Source of the DNA: Acidobacteriota bacterium
GTDB lineage: Bacteria; Acidobacteriota; Thermoanaerobaculia; Multivoradales; UBA5704
Reading direction: 5' to 3'
Assembly: GCA_040005235.1 (NCBI GenBank)
Contig: JBDTZG010000027.1
Coordinates: forward strand, 1 to 64,000
DNA: 64,000 nucleotides
Shown here one piece after another: positions 31,105 through 41,555 of this stretch. Under the pieces are notes generated by a model. That model did not search any database, was not told where the DNA came from, and was given only the letters and a program-made list of their open reading frames with translations. The translations under genes were made by a program, and so were the position numbers. Positions within the stretch are counted from its first letter, which is position 1, and each line of letters starts with the position of its first letter.

Positions 31105-33534
31105 GTGTTTCAAGCCCTGATTCTCAGCGTGCTCTATTTGGCGACCGCTCTCGCCATGGCTGCGATCGCCCGGGCTGGCGTCGGATCGTCCTCCCGGGCG
31201 GCGCTGCTGATCCTCGCGCTTCTGCCGCTCGCCTATACCGCCGCGGGCTTCCTCCCCGGGCGGACGCTGGCGCCGACCGCCATACTTGCCGGAGTACCGC
31301 CCTGGGCCGGGCGCGAAGTCGCGGCCCTTTTCTCAACCGACGCCTCCGCGGCAAACTTGATGCTGCTCGATCCGGTGTCGCAAATGGAGCCCTGGCGCCG
31401 GGCGGCTCGCGAAGACTTGCTGTTCAACCCGGCGCAGGACGCCGGCGCGGCGCTCCTCGGGAACGGGCAGTCCGCCGCGCTGTTTCCGCTTGAGCTGGTA
31501 GCGCGCCTGCTCGAGCCCGCCAACGCGACCGTCTATTTGCAGGCTACGCGCTTGCTTCTTGCGGCGTTTGGAATGTTCGTCCTGTTGCGTTCGCTCGCCC
31601 TGTCCGAGCTGGCAGCGTTGGCGGGTGCAGCGATCTTCGTCGGCACCGGCTTCATTCAACTCTGGCGCACTCACCCCCATTCGTATGTGGCGGCGGTCGC
31701 CCCCTGGATTCTCTGGGGCCTGCTCGGCGTGGCGCGCCGCCCGCGACCGGGCGCGGCGCTCGCGCTCGGCGTGGCCGGTGCGCTTGGGGTAGCCGCTGGC
31801 CACCCGGAAACTCTTTTCCAAATTTTCCTGTTCGTCCTCCTCGTAGCGCTCCTAGCCCTCGCTATGTTCAAGCCGGATCGCCGTCGGCTGGTGCGCATCC
31901 TGGTCTGGGGTGGCGCCGCCGCGCTCCTTGCCTTTTTGCTCGCTGCCCCGGCGCTCCTGCCGTTCGTCGAAACGCTACGCACTTCCGCAGAATGGGACCG
32001 GCGGCAACATCATGTACCTCAGCGGTTCGAGATTCCGCTGAAACGTGCTCTGCCGAGGCTGGCTCCTGCGTTCGACCTTCTGGCGTTTGGCGATCCGATT
32101 GGAGGCACCTGGCTCGGGCCTGAGAACCTCGCGGAGCTAGGCGGCGGCTCTCTGGGGTCGGCGGCGCTGCTGCTCGCCCCGCTCGCCCTACTTGCACGCA
32201 AGCGGCGTGGGCTCGCCTTCATCCTGCTCGGTCTGGGCTTGGCCGGTCTGCTTGCCGCAGCCCACATGCCTTGGATTTGGTGGCCGTTCGGCGCAGTGCC
32301 CTTCCTCGAACGGACGCTGGTCAAACGCCTATGCCTCTGGTGGGCGCTCGGCGGCTCGGTCGCGGCGGCCATCGGCCTCGAGAACCTGCGCCGCGGACGC
32401 GGGCGGCGAACCGCAACTGCGGTCGGGCTGGTTCTTGCCGCCGGCCTGGCTGCCTTGGCCCTGGCGTATCCGACCGCTCGCACGATCTCCAACTTAGGGC
32501 TCGAGCTGGGCGCACTTGGGATTGCGCTCTGCGCCGGACTCGCGCTGCGGTCGAGGCGGAGCGGAAGGTTGGCAGCCGCTCTCGTGCTCGCCGCATTGAT
32601 CGCCCCCCGCGCGGGACTTTTCTCGCGCTGGGTCCCGCTCTCTTCGGCGGCGAGCTTCTACCCGGAAACCGAGCCGATCCGGGCGGTTAGAGGTCGGGCG
32701 GCCGGCTGGAGAGTCGCTGGTTTAGGCTCGGCACTCCTGCCTCAGTCGGCAGCCTTCTTCGGGCTCGAAGAGGTACGTGGGTACGATCCGATGACGTTCG
32801 CACCCTATGCCGAATTCATCGGCCACGCAGGAACTCCCACGTACCCAGGATGGACCAGGCTCTCCGAGCCGGCACAGCCGATTCTGTCGTTTCTGGGAGT
32901 GCGATTTATCTTCGGCCCGCCGCGTATGCGCGTACCGGCCGGCCTATTTCGGATCTACGGCGGCCGTGAAGGTACCGTTTTTGAGAATCCTGGCGCCCTG
33001 CCGCGATTGTTCATTCCCGCCTCGGTCGCCCTGGAACAGGTCCGGGAAAAGGCGATTGAGCGCGCTGCGAAGATCGGCGATTTTCGCCGGCTCGCGATCG
33101 TCGGAGAGGCCTCCGATCCAACCTTCGCGGTTCGGACCAACGGCGACGCGCGGGTCATGCATCTCGCCGTCTCGACCGGCCGAATCAAGGCAGCCGTCGC
33201 GTCAAGGACACGGAGCTTCGTCGCAACCAGCCAACCGGCGATCCCTGGATGGTTCTTGAAGATCGATGGAGTGGAAGCAACACCCGCCCGCGCGAACGGC
33301 GCCTTTCTCGGCGCCTGGGTCGAACCCGGGAATCATCTTTTAGCGTTTCGCTACACGCCCGCAAGTTGGACCTTGGGCAAGGGCTTGTTCGGAATCGGGC
33401 TTCTACTGGCGGGTCTCCTTGCCGTTAAGTCGCAGCGCGAGCGCCGAGGCGGGCCAAGCCGCCCCGGCGGGGTCGGAATCCGGGATGCGAAGCCGGCGAG
33501 TCAGTTCACGGTCCCGGTGACCGTAAACGAGTAA
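31105..33534 (+). CDS. YfhO-family multi-TM glycosyltransferase (GT-C)
   Basis: D...QMEPW, NP....GA.L.GNGQSA.LFPL, GHPET, GLEEVRGYDP, C-terminal PGW...NGAFLG..V.PG.H...F.Y.P. Confidence 0.85.
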   Translation: MFQALILSVLYLATALAMAAIARAGVGSSSRAALLILALLPLAYTAAGFLPGRTLAPTAILAGVPPWAGREVAALFSTDASAANLMLLDPVSQMEPWRRAAREDLLFNPAQDAGAALLGNGQSAALFPLELVARLLEPANATVYLQATRLLLAAFGMFVLLRSLALSELAALAGAAIFVGTGFIQLWRTHPHSYVAAVAPWILWGLLGVARRPRPGAALALGVAGALGVAAGHPETLFQIFLFVLLVALLALAMFKPDRRRLVRILVWGGAAALLAFLLAAPALLPFVETLRTSAEWDRRQHHVPQRFEIPLKRALPRLAPAFDLLAFGDPIGGTWLGPENLAELGGGSLGSAALLLAPLALLARKRRGLAFILLGLGLAGLLAAAHMPWIWWPFGAVPFLERTLVKRLCLWWALGGSVAAAIGLENLRRGRGRRTATAVGLVLAAGLAALALAYPTARTISNLGLELGALGIALCAGLALRSRRSGRLAAALVLAALIAPRAGLFSRWVPLSSAASFYPETEPIRAVRGRAAGWRVAGLGSALLPQSAAFFGLEEVRGYDPMTFAPYAEFIGHAGTPTYPGWTRLSEPAQPILSFLGVRFIFGPPRMRVPAGLFRIYGGREGTVFENPGALPRLFIPASVALEQVREKAIERAAKIGDFRRLAIVGEASDPTFAVRTNGDARVMHLAVSTGRIKAAVASRTRSFVATSQPAIPGWFLKIDGVEATPARANGAFLGAWVEPGNHLLAFRYTPASWTLGKGLFGIGLLLAGLLAVKSQRERRGGPSRPGGVGIRDAKPASQFTVPVTVNE

Positions 33535-36500
33535 GGGCTGTCGTTCGGATCATCGCTCAGGATCGAAACGGTGCCGCTCCAGTTGCCGGCGGTTGCGGCG
33601 AGAAGTCGCACTCGGAAATAGGCCGATGAGCCTGGTGCGACAGGCCCGACCGGCGTTTCAATCTGCGAGAATCCGGCGCCACCGACCAGGCTTGTCGCGT
33701 TGGTCAGATTCAGATTGCCGCTGCCGTTGTTGTCGATCCGAAAGCGAACAGAGATCGTAGTGTTGGCCGTTGTGGTGCCGATCGACACTGAAGTTCCCTT
33801 CGCCACAGCTGTGCCGTCGAATGCTTTCCATACCGAGATGTTTGGCACCGAGGCTGAGACTGTTCCTTGAACGCCGAAGGTGAACGGCGTTGCGCCAATT
33901 TCGTTGGTCTGTAGACTCACCGCACCGGTGTAGCCTCCGGCCGAGGCTGCAAGTAGGCGGACCCGAAAGATACTGCTCCCACCTGGGGCGATCGAGCCCG
34001 AAGGGGCGGTCCCGATCTGGCTGAACCCGGTACCGCTGACGAGCGCCGAAGGATTGGTGATTGTGAGCGCTTCATTTCCGTCGTTGAAGAGCGTGAACTG
34101 CCGCGAGACCGACGCTCCAACGACAGTGTTCTGCATGGTGTAAATCGTACCCAGCGAAATCAGGGTTCCGTCCTCACAAACGATACGGACCTGAGGGTGG
34201 ACATTGTCGACCGTCACCGACCGAGTGGCAATGCCGACGTTGGGGACGCTATCGTACGCCTTGAGGGTAAGAGTGTGCGTCCCTTCGCTCGCCGATGTCG
34301 TGTTCCAGGAAAAGGCGTACGGCGCCGTGGTATCACTGCCGATCAGGGCACCATCCAAATAGAGTTCGACGCGGGTTACCGCCACATTGTCAGCTGCGGT
34401 CGCCTGGACGGAAACTGTGCCGCGGAGAAGCGCTCCGTTCACCGGGGCCGTAAAGTTCACGCTCGGTGCACCGGTGTCGTTGTTAATCGTAAAGTTCCTC
34501 TGAAACGACCACGGATTGCCCGCGCCGTCCGTTGCGGTCACGGCCAGCGTGTGAAGTCCCGCGGAAAAGAGCGTCGAGTCGAAATAAGCTCGCCAACCGA
34601 CGAACGGACAATTGGGATCCCCAACCGGCACCGCGGCGCAAGCATCGGCCCGCCCCAGGCCGAAAGTGTAAGGACCATTCAGCGCGAGCGCCTGACCGTC
34701 GAGCTGGAAAGCCAGCGACACGACCCGATTCGCATCGATCGCCCAGCCGTTGATGAGTACCGCGTTACCCGAAACGACCAGGCCGGCGCTGGGACTGTCG
34801 ATATACACGTTGGGCGCGACGTTGTCGACCGTCACTGCCACGCTCGGCGACGTGCCACTGTTACCCGCGGTGTCGTACGCCTTGGCCAGCAGGCTATGGG
34901 CTCCCGCGGTCGTATTCGCGGTGTTCCAATTGATCGAGAACGGCGCGGTCGTGTCGGTCGCCAAGACCACGCCATCGAGATAGAAATCAACCTTGGCTAC
35001 CCCAACGTTGTCCGACGCTGCTGCCTGAATGGAAACTGTGCCGCGAAGTTGGGAGTTTGGGGCAGGCGAGGTCAGGATCGCTGTAGGAGCAGAAGTTTCG
35101 CCGAGGACTTGTATCGTGCGAAGTGGAGACGAGGTGCTGTTGCCGCAGGCGTCATAGGCCTGTGCCCGAACGGAGTGAGGGCCGTTCGCAACAGCGGCCG
35201 CATTCCAATTAACGGAGTATGGAACAGTCATATCCCCGCCCAAATTTTGCTCATCAACGTAGAAATCGACCCGTGCCACACCTCGGTTATCGGATGCGGC
35301 TGCCACCAGGGTCACTGCGCCGCTAACCGTGGCACCGACCGAGGGTGAGGTGATCTGCGTAGTAGGCGGCAAAATGTCACCGCAAGGACCGTTATCAACC
35401 GAGAACGGAATGCTGACTTCGGTTGGCCAGCCGGCGGGATCGATCGCGACAACCCCCAAGAGATGGCTGCCGTTAGTGAGTGAACTCGTGTCGTATGATC
35501 CAGAAAAACCTGAATCGTCGTTGCAGGCGGAGTGCTGGATGCCGTGAGGCAGCTCGCATGCCCTGGCATCCTGGAGGTTCGAGACGAAACCCTGAGGCCG
35601 GATTCCAATGCCGTCGATTCCGAAGGAGATGCTGACAGCACCGGTCAAGTCGGTAGCGAAGCCAGCCAAGCTTAGAAGGCCGGAGACGGCCTGGCTTTGT
35701 TGCGGGGAGTCGACCAGTAGAAAAGGTGCCAGCCCTGCCTGAAGATTGCCAACGGAATTTTCACCACTTACTCCAACCGAAGTACATTGCCAATCGCAGC
35801 TCGTCGAACTCCCACCACCCTCTTCGGTCACTGTAATGCAGGCGTAGGTGCAATCTAAACCACCACCCCATCGAGGAGAACTATCGTTGTAACAGGACCA
35901 GGGCGACTCGGAGCAGAAATCGACCGAGTGTCCACCCGCTACAAAACCCCCTGGACGGCCGAAAATGCGCGCGTTCTCGCACGGGTTTGCTTCCCCTGGT
36001 TCGGTCGCCTCAGAATTGCAAGCGTTCTGGCTATCATTCGTCGCATTAACAAATCTACAGTACTGACTGGCGCCGAGACCTGAGTCGGTCTCGGTTGATG
36101 GCGATTTCATCAAACCATGGCTACACCCGTCGTTGGGGTCGTCGTCCAGTCCCAAAGCATGACCGATCTCGTGCGCTATGACGAACGCCCCCCATTCGGA
36201 ATCCCAGCGGATCGTCCCGCCGGCAGAGTTAGGGAAGCACTCAAGGCCATGAGTACCGTCGCTGGGGCATTTTCCATAAAGCACTATCGTGTTCGACCCG
36301 CTGTCCCAAAGTGCCGGCGAAAAACCGCCGTGAGAGGAATCGGGGATAGCGGCCTCGTTAGGCCGGTAGTCGACGAGCATCGAGGTTCGGTACACGTCGG
36401 TCTTCATATCATCACCGCCAGCCGGACGATTTTGTTTCCAATTGACCTGAAAGGTGGGGAGACTTTTCTTCACAGGGCAGCCGCTGTTCCAGCGCTCGGT

Positions 36501-36749
36501 ACCCTGCTGCACTCTTGCCAGCGGGAGGAAGGTGGCGTTCCGGGCGGCTTCGTTCCCGTATAGAGTGACTGAACTAAAGCCGCTCTCTGTATTCCCAAAA
36601 AAGGGAAAGATCTTATCTGTGGTTCGGCCCTTTACGCAGATGGCTTGCGCAGGAAGCTTCGCAGAAAGACTCATCAGTATGACTGAAAAAATGACCGCAC
36701 TAAGACGTTGTACTTTCAAGATATTCATTCTTTCCAGCTCCTTGATCAA
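33501..36749 (-). CDS. large secreted metzincin-like protease with Ig-like (Big_7-type) and choice-of-anchor D-like repeats
   Basis: Signal peptide; HEIGHALGLDD followed by GLM Met-turn; three A.A.DN..V..V.FY.D Ig units; two C-terminal F...N.G...L...SA..GF.Q...FRVRL units. Confidence 0.82.
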   Translation of the reverse strand: MIKELERMNILKVQRLSAVIFSVILMSLSAKLPAQAICVKGRTTDKIFPFFGNTESGFSSVTLYGNEAARNATFLPLARVQQGTERWNSGCPVKKSLPTFQVNWKQNRPAGGDDMKTDVYRTSMLVDYRPNEAAIPDSSHGGFSPALWDSGSNTIVLYGKCPSDGTHGLECFPNSAGGTIRWDSEWGAFVIAHEIGHALGLDDDPNDGCSHGLMKSPSTETDSGLGASQYCRFVNATNDSQNACNSEATEPGEANPCENARIFGRPGGFVAGGHSVDFCSESPWSCYNDSSPRWGGGLDCTYACITVTEEGGGSSTSCDWQCTSVGVSGENSVGNLQAGLAPFLLVDSPQQSQAVSGLLSLAGFATDLTGAVSISFGIDGIGIRPQGFVSNLQDARACELPHGIQHSACNDDSGFSGSYDTSSLTNGSHLLGVVAIDPAGWPTEVSIPFSVDNGPCGDILPPTTQITSPSVGATVSGAVTLVAAASDNRGVARVDFYVDEQNLGGDMTVPYSVNWNAAAVANGPHSVRAQAYDACGNSTSSPLRTIQVLGETSAPTAILTSPAPNSQLRGTVSIQAAASDNVGVAKVDFYLDGVVLATDTTAPFSINWNTANTTAGAHSLLAKAYDTAGNSGTSPSVAVTVDNVAPNVYIDSPSAGLVVSGNAVLINGWAIDANRVVSLAFQLDGQALALNGPYTFGLGRADACAAVPVGDPNCPFVGWRAYFDSTLFSAGLHTLAVTATDGAGNPWSFQRNFTINNDTGAPSVNFTAPVNGALLRGTVSVQATAADNVAVTRVELYLDGALIGSDTTAPYAFSWNTTSASEGTHTLTLKAYDSVPNVGIATRSVTVDNVHPQVRIVCEDGTLISLGTIYTMQNTVVGASVSRQFTLFNDGNEALTITNPSALVSGTGFSQIGTAPSGSIAPGGSSIFRVRLLAASAGGYTGAVSLQTNEIGATPFTFGVQGTVSASVPNISVWKAFDGTAVAKGTSVSIGTTTANTTISVRFRIDNNGSGNLNLTNATSLVGGAGFSQIETPVGPVAPGSSAYFRVRLLAATAGNWSGTVSILSDDPNDSPYSFTVTGTVN

Positions 36750-36839
36750 AACGTCTTACGAACGATCCGTCTTCCTGAAATCGTCCAAAGCCAACCTCGG
36801 CTGAGCCCGCGTCAGGAATGCCAAACTTCAGAATTTTCG

Positions 36840-37652
36840 TCAGGTTGGATCAGGTCTACTCGAAAAAGCTCGAAGAATTTCTTCGAGGTTTCGGGGGCGA
36901 CGGTCACGGAGATACGAGTACGGTTGAGGTTCGATCTGCCCGTCGCGGATGACAAAGAAACTTCGCGGAGCGATGACCCAGTGAAGTCCGGATGGCCCGA
37001 AAGAACCTAAGATCAAGATTCGCTCGCCAGGCCGCGGCTGATGGAACCAAGGGTTTTGGTCGGTGCAGATCTTCTTCCCTTGAACCGTCATTGATCCGCC
37101 GGAGAGGACGACCGACACCTCGTCCGATGCCAGGCTGATTGGCTTGATCGTGCGCTCCACTCTCACGACAAGACGGGTTGCAACGACTCTTCGCCAAGCA
37201 TCCCAACCGGGCTCTTCGGATTCGACTGTCCCCACGAAGGTGACCTGGCTGTCCGCGATCATCCCTTCGAGGTCTGTCGCTTCTGGAATTGGATATGGAA
37301 ACTGAACGGAGCCGCTGTCAGTGCAAAGACTGACTTTGCCGGATGAGTTGAATGGACGATTTGATTTCGGCGGCCAATTTTCGATCCGCGCTCGGAGGAC
37401 TTCTCGTTGATCAGCGGAGAACGGAAGCTCCGTCAGCGGATAAGCCGCGATCAAAACTTCTGGAATGAACCAGGCCGATTCTTGGTTGGGGTCAAGCCAT
37501 AGGATCCCCTCACTCGAAACCTTCGGCTTCCTCACGGCCGCACCTGCGAAGCTTGATGCCGACTGGCAACTGCAAAGCAGGGAATATATGAAGACTGCAA
37601 AAATGAACACCGCTCCTCGGCCACCAAAATTTTGCGACATTGACTCTCCCAC
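36840..37652 (-). CDS. hypothetical exported protein/lipoprotein with OB-fold (TIMP/NTR-like) pattern
   Basis: Lipobox-like LCSC; ADS..FVGTV...VRVERTIK...V...GG...PGER.LILG. Confidence 0.55.
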   Translation of the reverse strand: MGESMSQNFGGRGAVFIFAVFIYSLLCSCQSASSFAGAAVRKPKVSSEGILWLDPNQESAWFIPEVLIAAYPLTELPFSADQREVLRARIENWPPKSNRPFNSSGKVSLCTDSGSVQFPYPIPEATDLEGMIADSQVTFVGTVESEEPGWDAWRRVVATRLVVRVERTIKPISLASDEVSVVLSGGSMTVQGKKICTDQNPWFHQPRPGERILILGSFGPSGLHWVIAPRSFFVIRDGQIEPQPYSYLRDRRPRNLEEILRAFSSRPDPT

Positions 37653-37709
37653 CTATTGCTCCCTAATCATACCTGAAGGACCAACACCACGGCGTTGCAC
37701 GCAAATGCA

Positions 37710-38771
37710 CTATCTGCCCAAAGCTTCCAGATCCAATACCTCGGCCGGATCGATACCCCGCGCCTGAACCAGCACCCGAATCTCCTCGCCCATCCCTTCG
37801 CCGTCGAGCAGATCCATCGCCTGGCGGCGAATGGTCGCATCGGCTCCGCGCAGCTCGTCGAACAGGCCGCAGGCGGTAAGCCAGAGCGCCTGGCGCCCGA
37901 GGACCACGGTGGTCAGGCCCTCCTGCTCTCCCGCGCCGATCAATGCCGAGAAATCGACGTGCGCGGTGAGATCCTGCCGGCCCACTTCGCGGAACGGATC
38001 GCGATGCGCCCGATGATGGCGGTAACAGCCGAGCGTGCCGTGAAACCGGATGCGGCCGTCCACCAGCTGCATTTTGGGGAAACCATAATCGCAGGTGACC
38101 AGCAGGCCGCGATCGAGCCGTCGAGCCAGCTCGCCGTAGAGCGGGCGCCAGCCGGGGGCGAGGTCGGCGATCTGGCCCGGGGCGAGATCGACATGCGGAC
38201 CGTCGAGCAGCTCGACCAGCGCGCGGTCCGACAGCTCGCCATGGCGCCAGGCGAAAGCGCCCTGCTCGTCGAGGTCGACCCACAGCTCCCCCACCCGCCC
38301 CGCTTCGCGCCCGACCAGACGGTGGACCGGCAGGGCGTCGAACAGCTCGTAGGAGAAGATCAGGCCGCGGACCGAGCGCGCTGGGATGAGGTCGAGCCGC
38401 TCGACGGATTCGACACCGGCGGGGAGCGGCCGGGCGACACGATCCCAAGCGCGCAGCCACCGGACGGGGCTACCCGGTGGAAAGGCCGCGACGGTGTTGG
38501 CCAGATGGACCCCCGTGCCGTACCCCGCCTCGAACAGCTCGGCCGGCAGCCCAAGCGCTTGGTCGAGCCGGCCGAGCAGCCGCGCGGTGACTTTACCGAA
38601 CAGCGGCGACCAGGAGGCGCCGGTGATGAAATCGCCCTCCTCGCCGATCGGCAGCTCGATCCGGTTGTAGTAACCGCCCACACCGTATAGAGCCTCTTCC
38701 ATGAACGTCGAGAAGGGGATCGGCCCGCCGGATCGAATGCGGGCCCTCAGGCGGTCGGCAGGAGTGGACAT
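37710..38771 (-). CDS. MidA/NDUFAF7-family SAM-dependent methyltransferase
   Basis: FM..ALY..GGYY...GDFIT, ELFDALP, DYG, GRQDLTAHVDF. Confidence 0.92.
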   Translation of the reverse strand: MSTPADRLRARIRSGGPIPFSTFMEEALYGVGGYYNRIELPIGEEGDFITGASWSPLFGKVTARLLGRLDQALGLPAELFEAGYGTGVHLANTVAAFPPGSPVRWLRAWDRVARPLPAGVESVERLDLIPARSVRGLIFSYELFDALPVHRLVGREAGRVGELWVDLDEQGAFAWRHGELSDRALVELLDGPHVDLAPGQIADLAPGWRPLYGELARRLDRGLLVTCDYGFPKMQLVDGRIRFHGTLGCYRHHRAHRDPFREVGRQDLTAHVDFSALIGAGEQEGLTTVVLGRQALWLTACGLFDELRGADATIRRQAMDLLDGEGMGEEIRVLVQARGIDPAEVLDLEALGR

Positions 38772-38853
38772 GGAGGCGGACTCTATGGGATCTCCGCCGG
38801 AACGCGGGGCCGGCCCGGGCCGGCCCGCCTCTCAGGCTACAATCCCCCTTCGC

Positions 38854-39915
38854 ATGAGCGAATCCCGCGCCACCGCCTCGACCGCGCCGACGACCGAACG
38901 CCTGCTCGACCTGATCGACGCGATGGCCGGTCGGCCGGTCGTACTGGTCGCCGATTTGGTGGTCGACCGGTTCCTGACCGGCACGCCGAAGCGGATCAGC
39001 CGCGAAGCGCCGGTCTTGATCCTCTCCTACCAGGGCGAACGGATCGCGCCGGGCGGCGGAGCGAACGCGGCGGCCAACGTGATCGCGCTGGGTGGCCGGC
39101 CCCTCCTGCTAGGCGCGGTGGGCGACGACGCGAACGGCTCCGACTTGCTCGCCGACCTGACGGCACGCGGCATCGACGTTTCCGGAGTGCTGGTCCGCTC
39201 CGACTACCGGACGCCCACCAAAGTGCGCATCCTGGGCGGCGGCCGGCATTCGATCAAGCAGCAGATCGTCCGCTACGACATCGAAGACACCTTGATTTTG
39301 ACCGACGCCGATCGCGCCGCGTTCGTCGCCCGGCTGGAAGCGTGGCGCGCCGCGACGAACGGCGACCTTTCGACCGCGATTCTCTCCGACTACGGCTATG
39401 GCACCGTCGAGCCGGCATTCCTCCCGCTTCTGCGCGCGGCGCTCGGCCCCGATTCGACCCTGCTGTGCGACAGCCGCTACCGGCTGGGCGATTTTCGCGG
39501 CCTCGACGGCGCGACGCCGAACGAAGAGGAGGCCGAGGCTCTCCTCGGACGGCCGATCGAGGACGCTCCGGAGCCGCTTTACCAAGCGGGCAGAAAATTG
39601 CGCGAAACGCTCGGCGCCGGCTTTCTTCTGGTCACCCGCGGCAGCCGCGGCATGAGCCTGTTCGAAGAGCGGGGCGCCGTCCACCTGCCGGTTCATGGCA
39701 CCGACCAGGTGGCGGACGTGACCGGCGCGGGCGATACGGTGATCGGCACTTTCGCCCTGGCGCTCGCCGCGGGAGCGATGCCGCTCGAAGCCGCGCTGCT
39801 CGCCAACTATGCCGGCGGCATCGTGGTGATGAAAATGGGCACCGCGACACTTTCGCGCGAAGAGCTGGCCCTCGCCGTGCGCAGAGATCGCCGGCCGATC
39901 GAAGGGCTCCGATGA
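38854..39915 (+). CDS. hldA: D-glycero-manno-heptose-7-phosphate kinase (RfaE domain I, PfkB family)
   Basis: RISREAPV, GGGANAAAN, SDYGYG, TPN..E, DVTGAGDTV, K.GTA. Confidence 0.85.
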   Translation: MSESRATASTAPTTERLLDLIDAMAGRPVVLVADLVVDRFLTGTPKRISREAPVLILSYQGERIAPGGGANAAANVIALGGRPLLLGAVGDDANGSDLLADLTARGIDVSGVLVRSDYRTPTKVRILGGGRHSIKQQIVRYDIEDTLILTDADRAAFVARLEAWRAATNGDLSTAILSDYGYGTVEPAFLPLLRAALGPDSTLLCDSRYRLGDFRGLDGATPNEEEAEALLGRPIEDAPEPLYQAGRKLRETLGAGFLLVTRGSRGMSLFEERGAVHLPVHGTDQVADVTGAGDTVIGTFALALAAGAMPLEAALLANYAGGIVVMKMGTATLSREELALAVRRDRRPIEGLR

Positions 39916-40388
39916 GCCGGATCGTCACGGTCGACGAGCTGGCCTCCGAGCTTCCGGCGCTCCGCGCCGCGGACAAGAAAATCGCGTTCGCCAACGGCCA
40001 TTTCGACCTGATCCACGTCGGCCATCTGCGTTACCTTCAGGCGGCGAAGGCGGAAGGGGACGTGCTGATCGTGGCGATCAACGACGACGACTCGGTCGCC
40101 CGGCTGAAGGGCGGCGGACGGCCCATCGTTCCGGCGGCGGAACGGGCCGAGCTGCTCGCCGCGCTCTCGGCCGTCGATTTCGTGGTCGTCTTTTCGGGCG
40201 ACTCCCCCGCCCCTTTGCTCGCCAAGTTGCAGCCGGACGTTCATTGCAAGGGCACCGACTACGGAACCCCCGAGCGGGTGCCGGAGTTCGAGACGGTGCG
40301 CGCCTATGGCGGACGCACCGCCCTGGTCGGCGACCCGAAGGACCATGCGACGAGCGATTTGATCTCGAAGGTTCGGGCGCTGCCCTGA
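39912..40388 (+). CDS. hldC: heptose-1-phosphate adenylyltransferase (RfaE domain II)
   Basis: ATG at 39912; NGHFDLIHVGH, NDD.SV..LKG..RP, KGTDY. Confidence 0.88.
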   Translation: MSRIVTVDELASELPALRAADKKIAFANGHFDLIHVGHLRYLQAAKAEGDVLIVAINDDDSVARLKGGGRPIVPAAERAELLAALSAVDFVVVFSGDSPAPLLAKLQPDVHCKGTDYGTPERVPEFETVRAYGGRTALVGDPKDHATSDLISKVRALP

Positions 40389-40404
40389 CCGGAAAGCCGA
40401 GCCT

Positions 40405-41445
40405 TTGCGCATTCTGATCGTCAAGACGAGCGCGCTCGGCGATGTCGTCCACGCCCTGCCTGTCCTCGGCGCGCTTCGCCGGCACTTTAGCGCGGCACGG
40501 ATCGCCTGGGTCGTCGAAGAGTGGATCGCGCCGCTGCTCGCCGGGCATCCTGACCTCGACGAGGTGATTCCGGTCCGGCTCGGCGCCTGGCGAAAGCGTC
40601 CCTTCTCCGGAGCGACGCTGCGTGAGATTGCGGCGCTTCGCCGTCGCGTCGCCCTGTTCGCCCCGGAGATCGCGCTCGATCTGATGGGCAACCACAAGGC
40701 GGGGTTGCTTTCGGCGCTTTCTTTTGCCGATCGGCGCCTAGGGCCGGCGCGGCGGTTCCGCCGTGAACCTTCGAGCGCGATCTGGATCAACGAGGGGGTG
40801 GATCTGCCCGAAGGGCAAGGCGGTCACGCGGTGGATCGTATGCTCGCCGTGCTCGGCGGGCTGGGGTTGCGGCAAGAGCCCGCGGCGTTTCAGCCGGAAA
40901 AGATCCTCTCAGGATCGGACGCCGAAATCCTCGGCGGTATCGAGCCACCGCCGAGATTCGCCCTGCTCCACCCCGGCGCCGGCTGGGGCAACAAGAAATA
41001 TCCCGCGGCGCGCTGGGGCAGGGCGCTGGCCGCCCTCGCCATCGAGTCCGGTCTGCAGGGTCTCGTCGCGTCAGGTCCCGGCGACCGATCGCTGGCCGAC
41101 GAGATCGTCGCGGCGAGCGGCGGTGCGGCACGTTCGGTCTCCGCGGAGATCCCCGCTTTTGCGGCGCTCGCCCGGCGGGCGGAGATCGTCCTCGGCGGCG
41201 ATTCCGGACCGACCCACCTCGCCCACGCGCTGGGCCGGCCGGTGCTGATGGTGATGGGACCGACCGATCCGGTGCTTCATGGGCCTTATGGTGCCCCACA
41301 GCTCGCGCTCGCGAAAAGGCTGCCGTGCAGCTTCTGCCATCGCCGGTTCGCCGAGGCGAAGGCCTGCCTCTTGGAGATCGCCCCACGCGAGGTTGCGGCG
41401 CGCGCCGTAGAGATCCTCCGATCTAACGGTTTCTCAAGCAGTTAG
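40405..41445 (+). CDS. LPS heptosyltransferase (GT9, WaaC-like)
   Basis: ILIVKTSALGDVVHALP, HPGAGW..K.Y, GGDSGPTHLA. Confidence 0.9.
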   Translation: MRILIVKTSALGDVVHALPVLGALRRHFSAARIAWVVEEWIAPLLAGHPDLDEVIPVRLGAWRKRPFSGATLREIAALRRRVALFAPEIALDLMGNHKAGLLSALSFADRRLGPARRFRREPSSAIWINEGVDLPEGQGGHAVDRMLAVLGGLGLRQEPAAFQPEKILSGSDAEILGGIEPPPRFALLHPGAGWGNKKYPAARWGRALAALAIESGLQGLVASGPGDRSLADEIVAASGGAARSVSAEIPAFAALARRAEIVLGGDSGPTHLAHALGRPVLMVMGPTDPVLHGPYGAPQLALAKRLPCSFCHRRFAEAKACLLEIAPREVAARAVEILRSNGFSSS

Positions 41446-41555
41446 GCCGCTCCCGGAATTGACCCTCGATTCGAGCGGCTGTTATGCTCGATCTCGAATA
41501 CAACGCTTTCTGTCAGTCTTAAGCGCGCCTGCTCCGACTCCCCCGAGGACTTGAC

